From assembly GCA_964016885.1 (NCBI GenBank), contig OZ024750.1, positions 53,630,001-53,694,000 of the forward strand: DNA of 64,000 nucleotides. Reading direction: 5' to 3'. Made by a program: the position numbers and the translations under genes. Positions 63,466 through 64,000 of this stretch are shown one piece after another. Source of the DNA: Eledone cirrhosa (lineage: Eukaryota). The notes beneath the pieces were generated by a model. The model did not search any database, was not told where the DNA came from, and saw only the letters and a program-made list of their open reading frames with translations. Within the stretch, counting starts at the first letter, position 1. Each line of letters begins with the position of its first letter.

Positions 63466-64000
63466 TTTCAATAAGAATGTCTTCCTATTTTTGCCATTGA
63501 GTAGTGGTAAGTTAAATGCAACCGAGCTGCCATTTCCAATGTTATACCAATGTGATCATTATCCACTAATTACTCATCTTCTTCATTTAACTATCAAATA
63601 CTTATACAAGACATTTAAAAGCCTGTCATACATGCTCTAAACTGGCTCTATAAAACAAAACCACCTATTTTAAAGTGTTTCTCTTTAAATGTAAGCCTTG
63701 CAATATAGTGAGTGAATAGTAATAATATAATAACATATTAATATTCGGTTTAAACAGTCTCATAAGACTGCATATGGTAGATGTCACCCTTTTGTTCCAG
63801 CAGTAGCTGAGAAAAAACAATTAATTGTTTTGGGGTGTCTTTTTGTTTAGATTGTGTATTGTCCTCACTTGCTACCTGCTCCTAATGATATCATATCATT
63901 ATTCACATGTAGGTATCCCCAGCCTTAAAAGTGAAAACAATCTCAATCTGATAAGTCCTTGGCCTAGTTTAAGCCATTTTTTTCTTGTCTTTCTCTCTCT

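Overview
Eukaryotic (animal) genomic DNA that is AT-rich and saturated with microsatellites. The repeat landscape (tRNA-derived SINEs, RTE LINEs, huge (TA)n tracts) looks like a coleoid cephalopod, probably Octopus; this is an inference. The window lies inside a + strand Trio/Kalirin-family RhoGEF gene. Five GT-AG exons (1532-1609, 2517-2699, 6223-6324, 9621-9766, 12702-12831) splice in frame and encode the end of DH1, the whole PH1 domain and the following Ser/Thr linker. A >51 kb intron follows, and the SH3 exon is not reached. That intron holds two phase-compatible candidate alternative exons: a short terminal exon ending in a PDZ-ligand-like ...WFYV* (32261-32320) and an internal start exon MLLFRLLHWK... 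(35959-36048). Their layout recalls vertebrate Kalirin-7 and the downstream-promoter isoforms. The rest is transposon-derived: RTE LINEs carrying a C4HC3 PHD-like finger inside the RT, Tx1/L1 LINEs in (TA)n, a deleted Gypsy element with LTRs and TSD, CRE and Tc1/mariner fragments, Helitron-like elements, TTAA MITEs (one amplified into a satellite) and SINEs. Penelope-type inverted repeats carry about nine minimal hammerhead-ribozyme motifs, two or three of which look structurally intact. All calls were made by eye, with no database searches.
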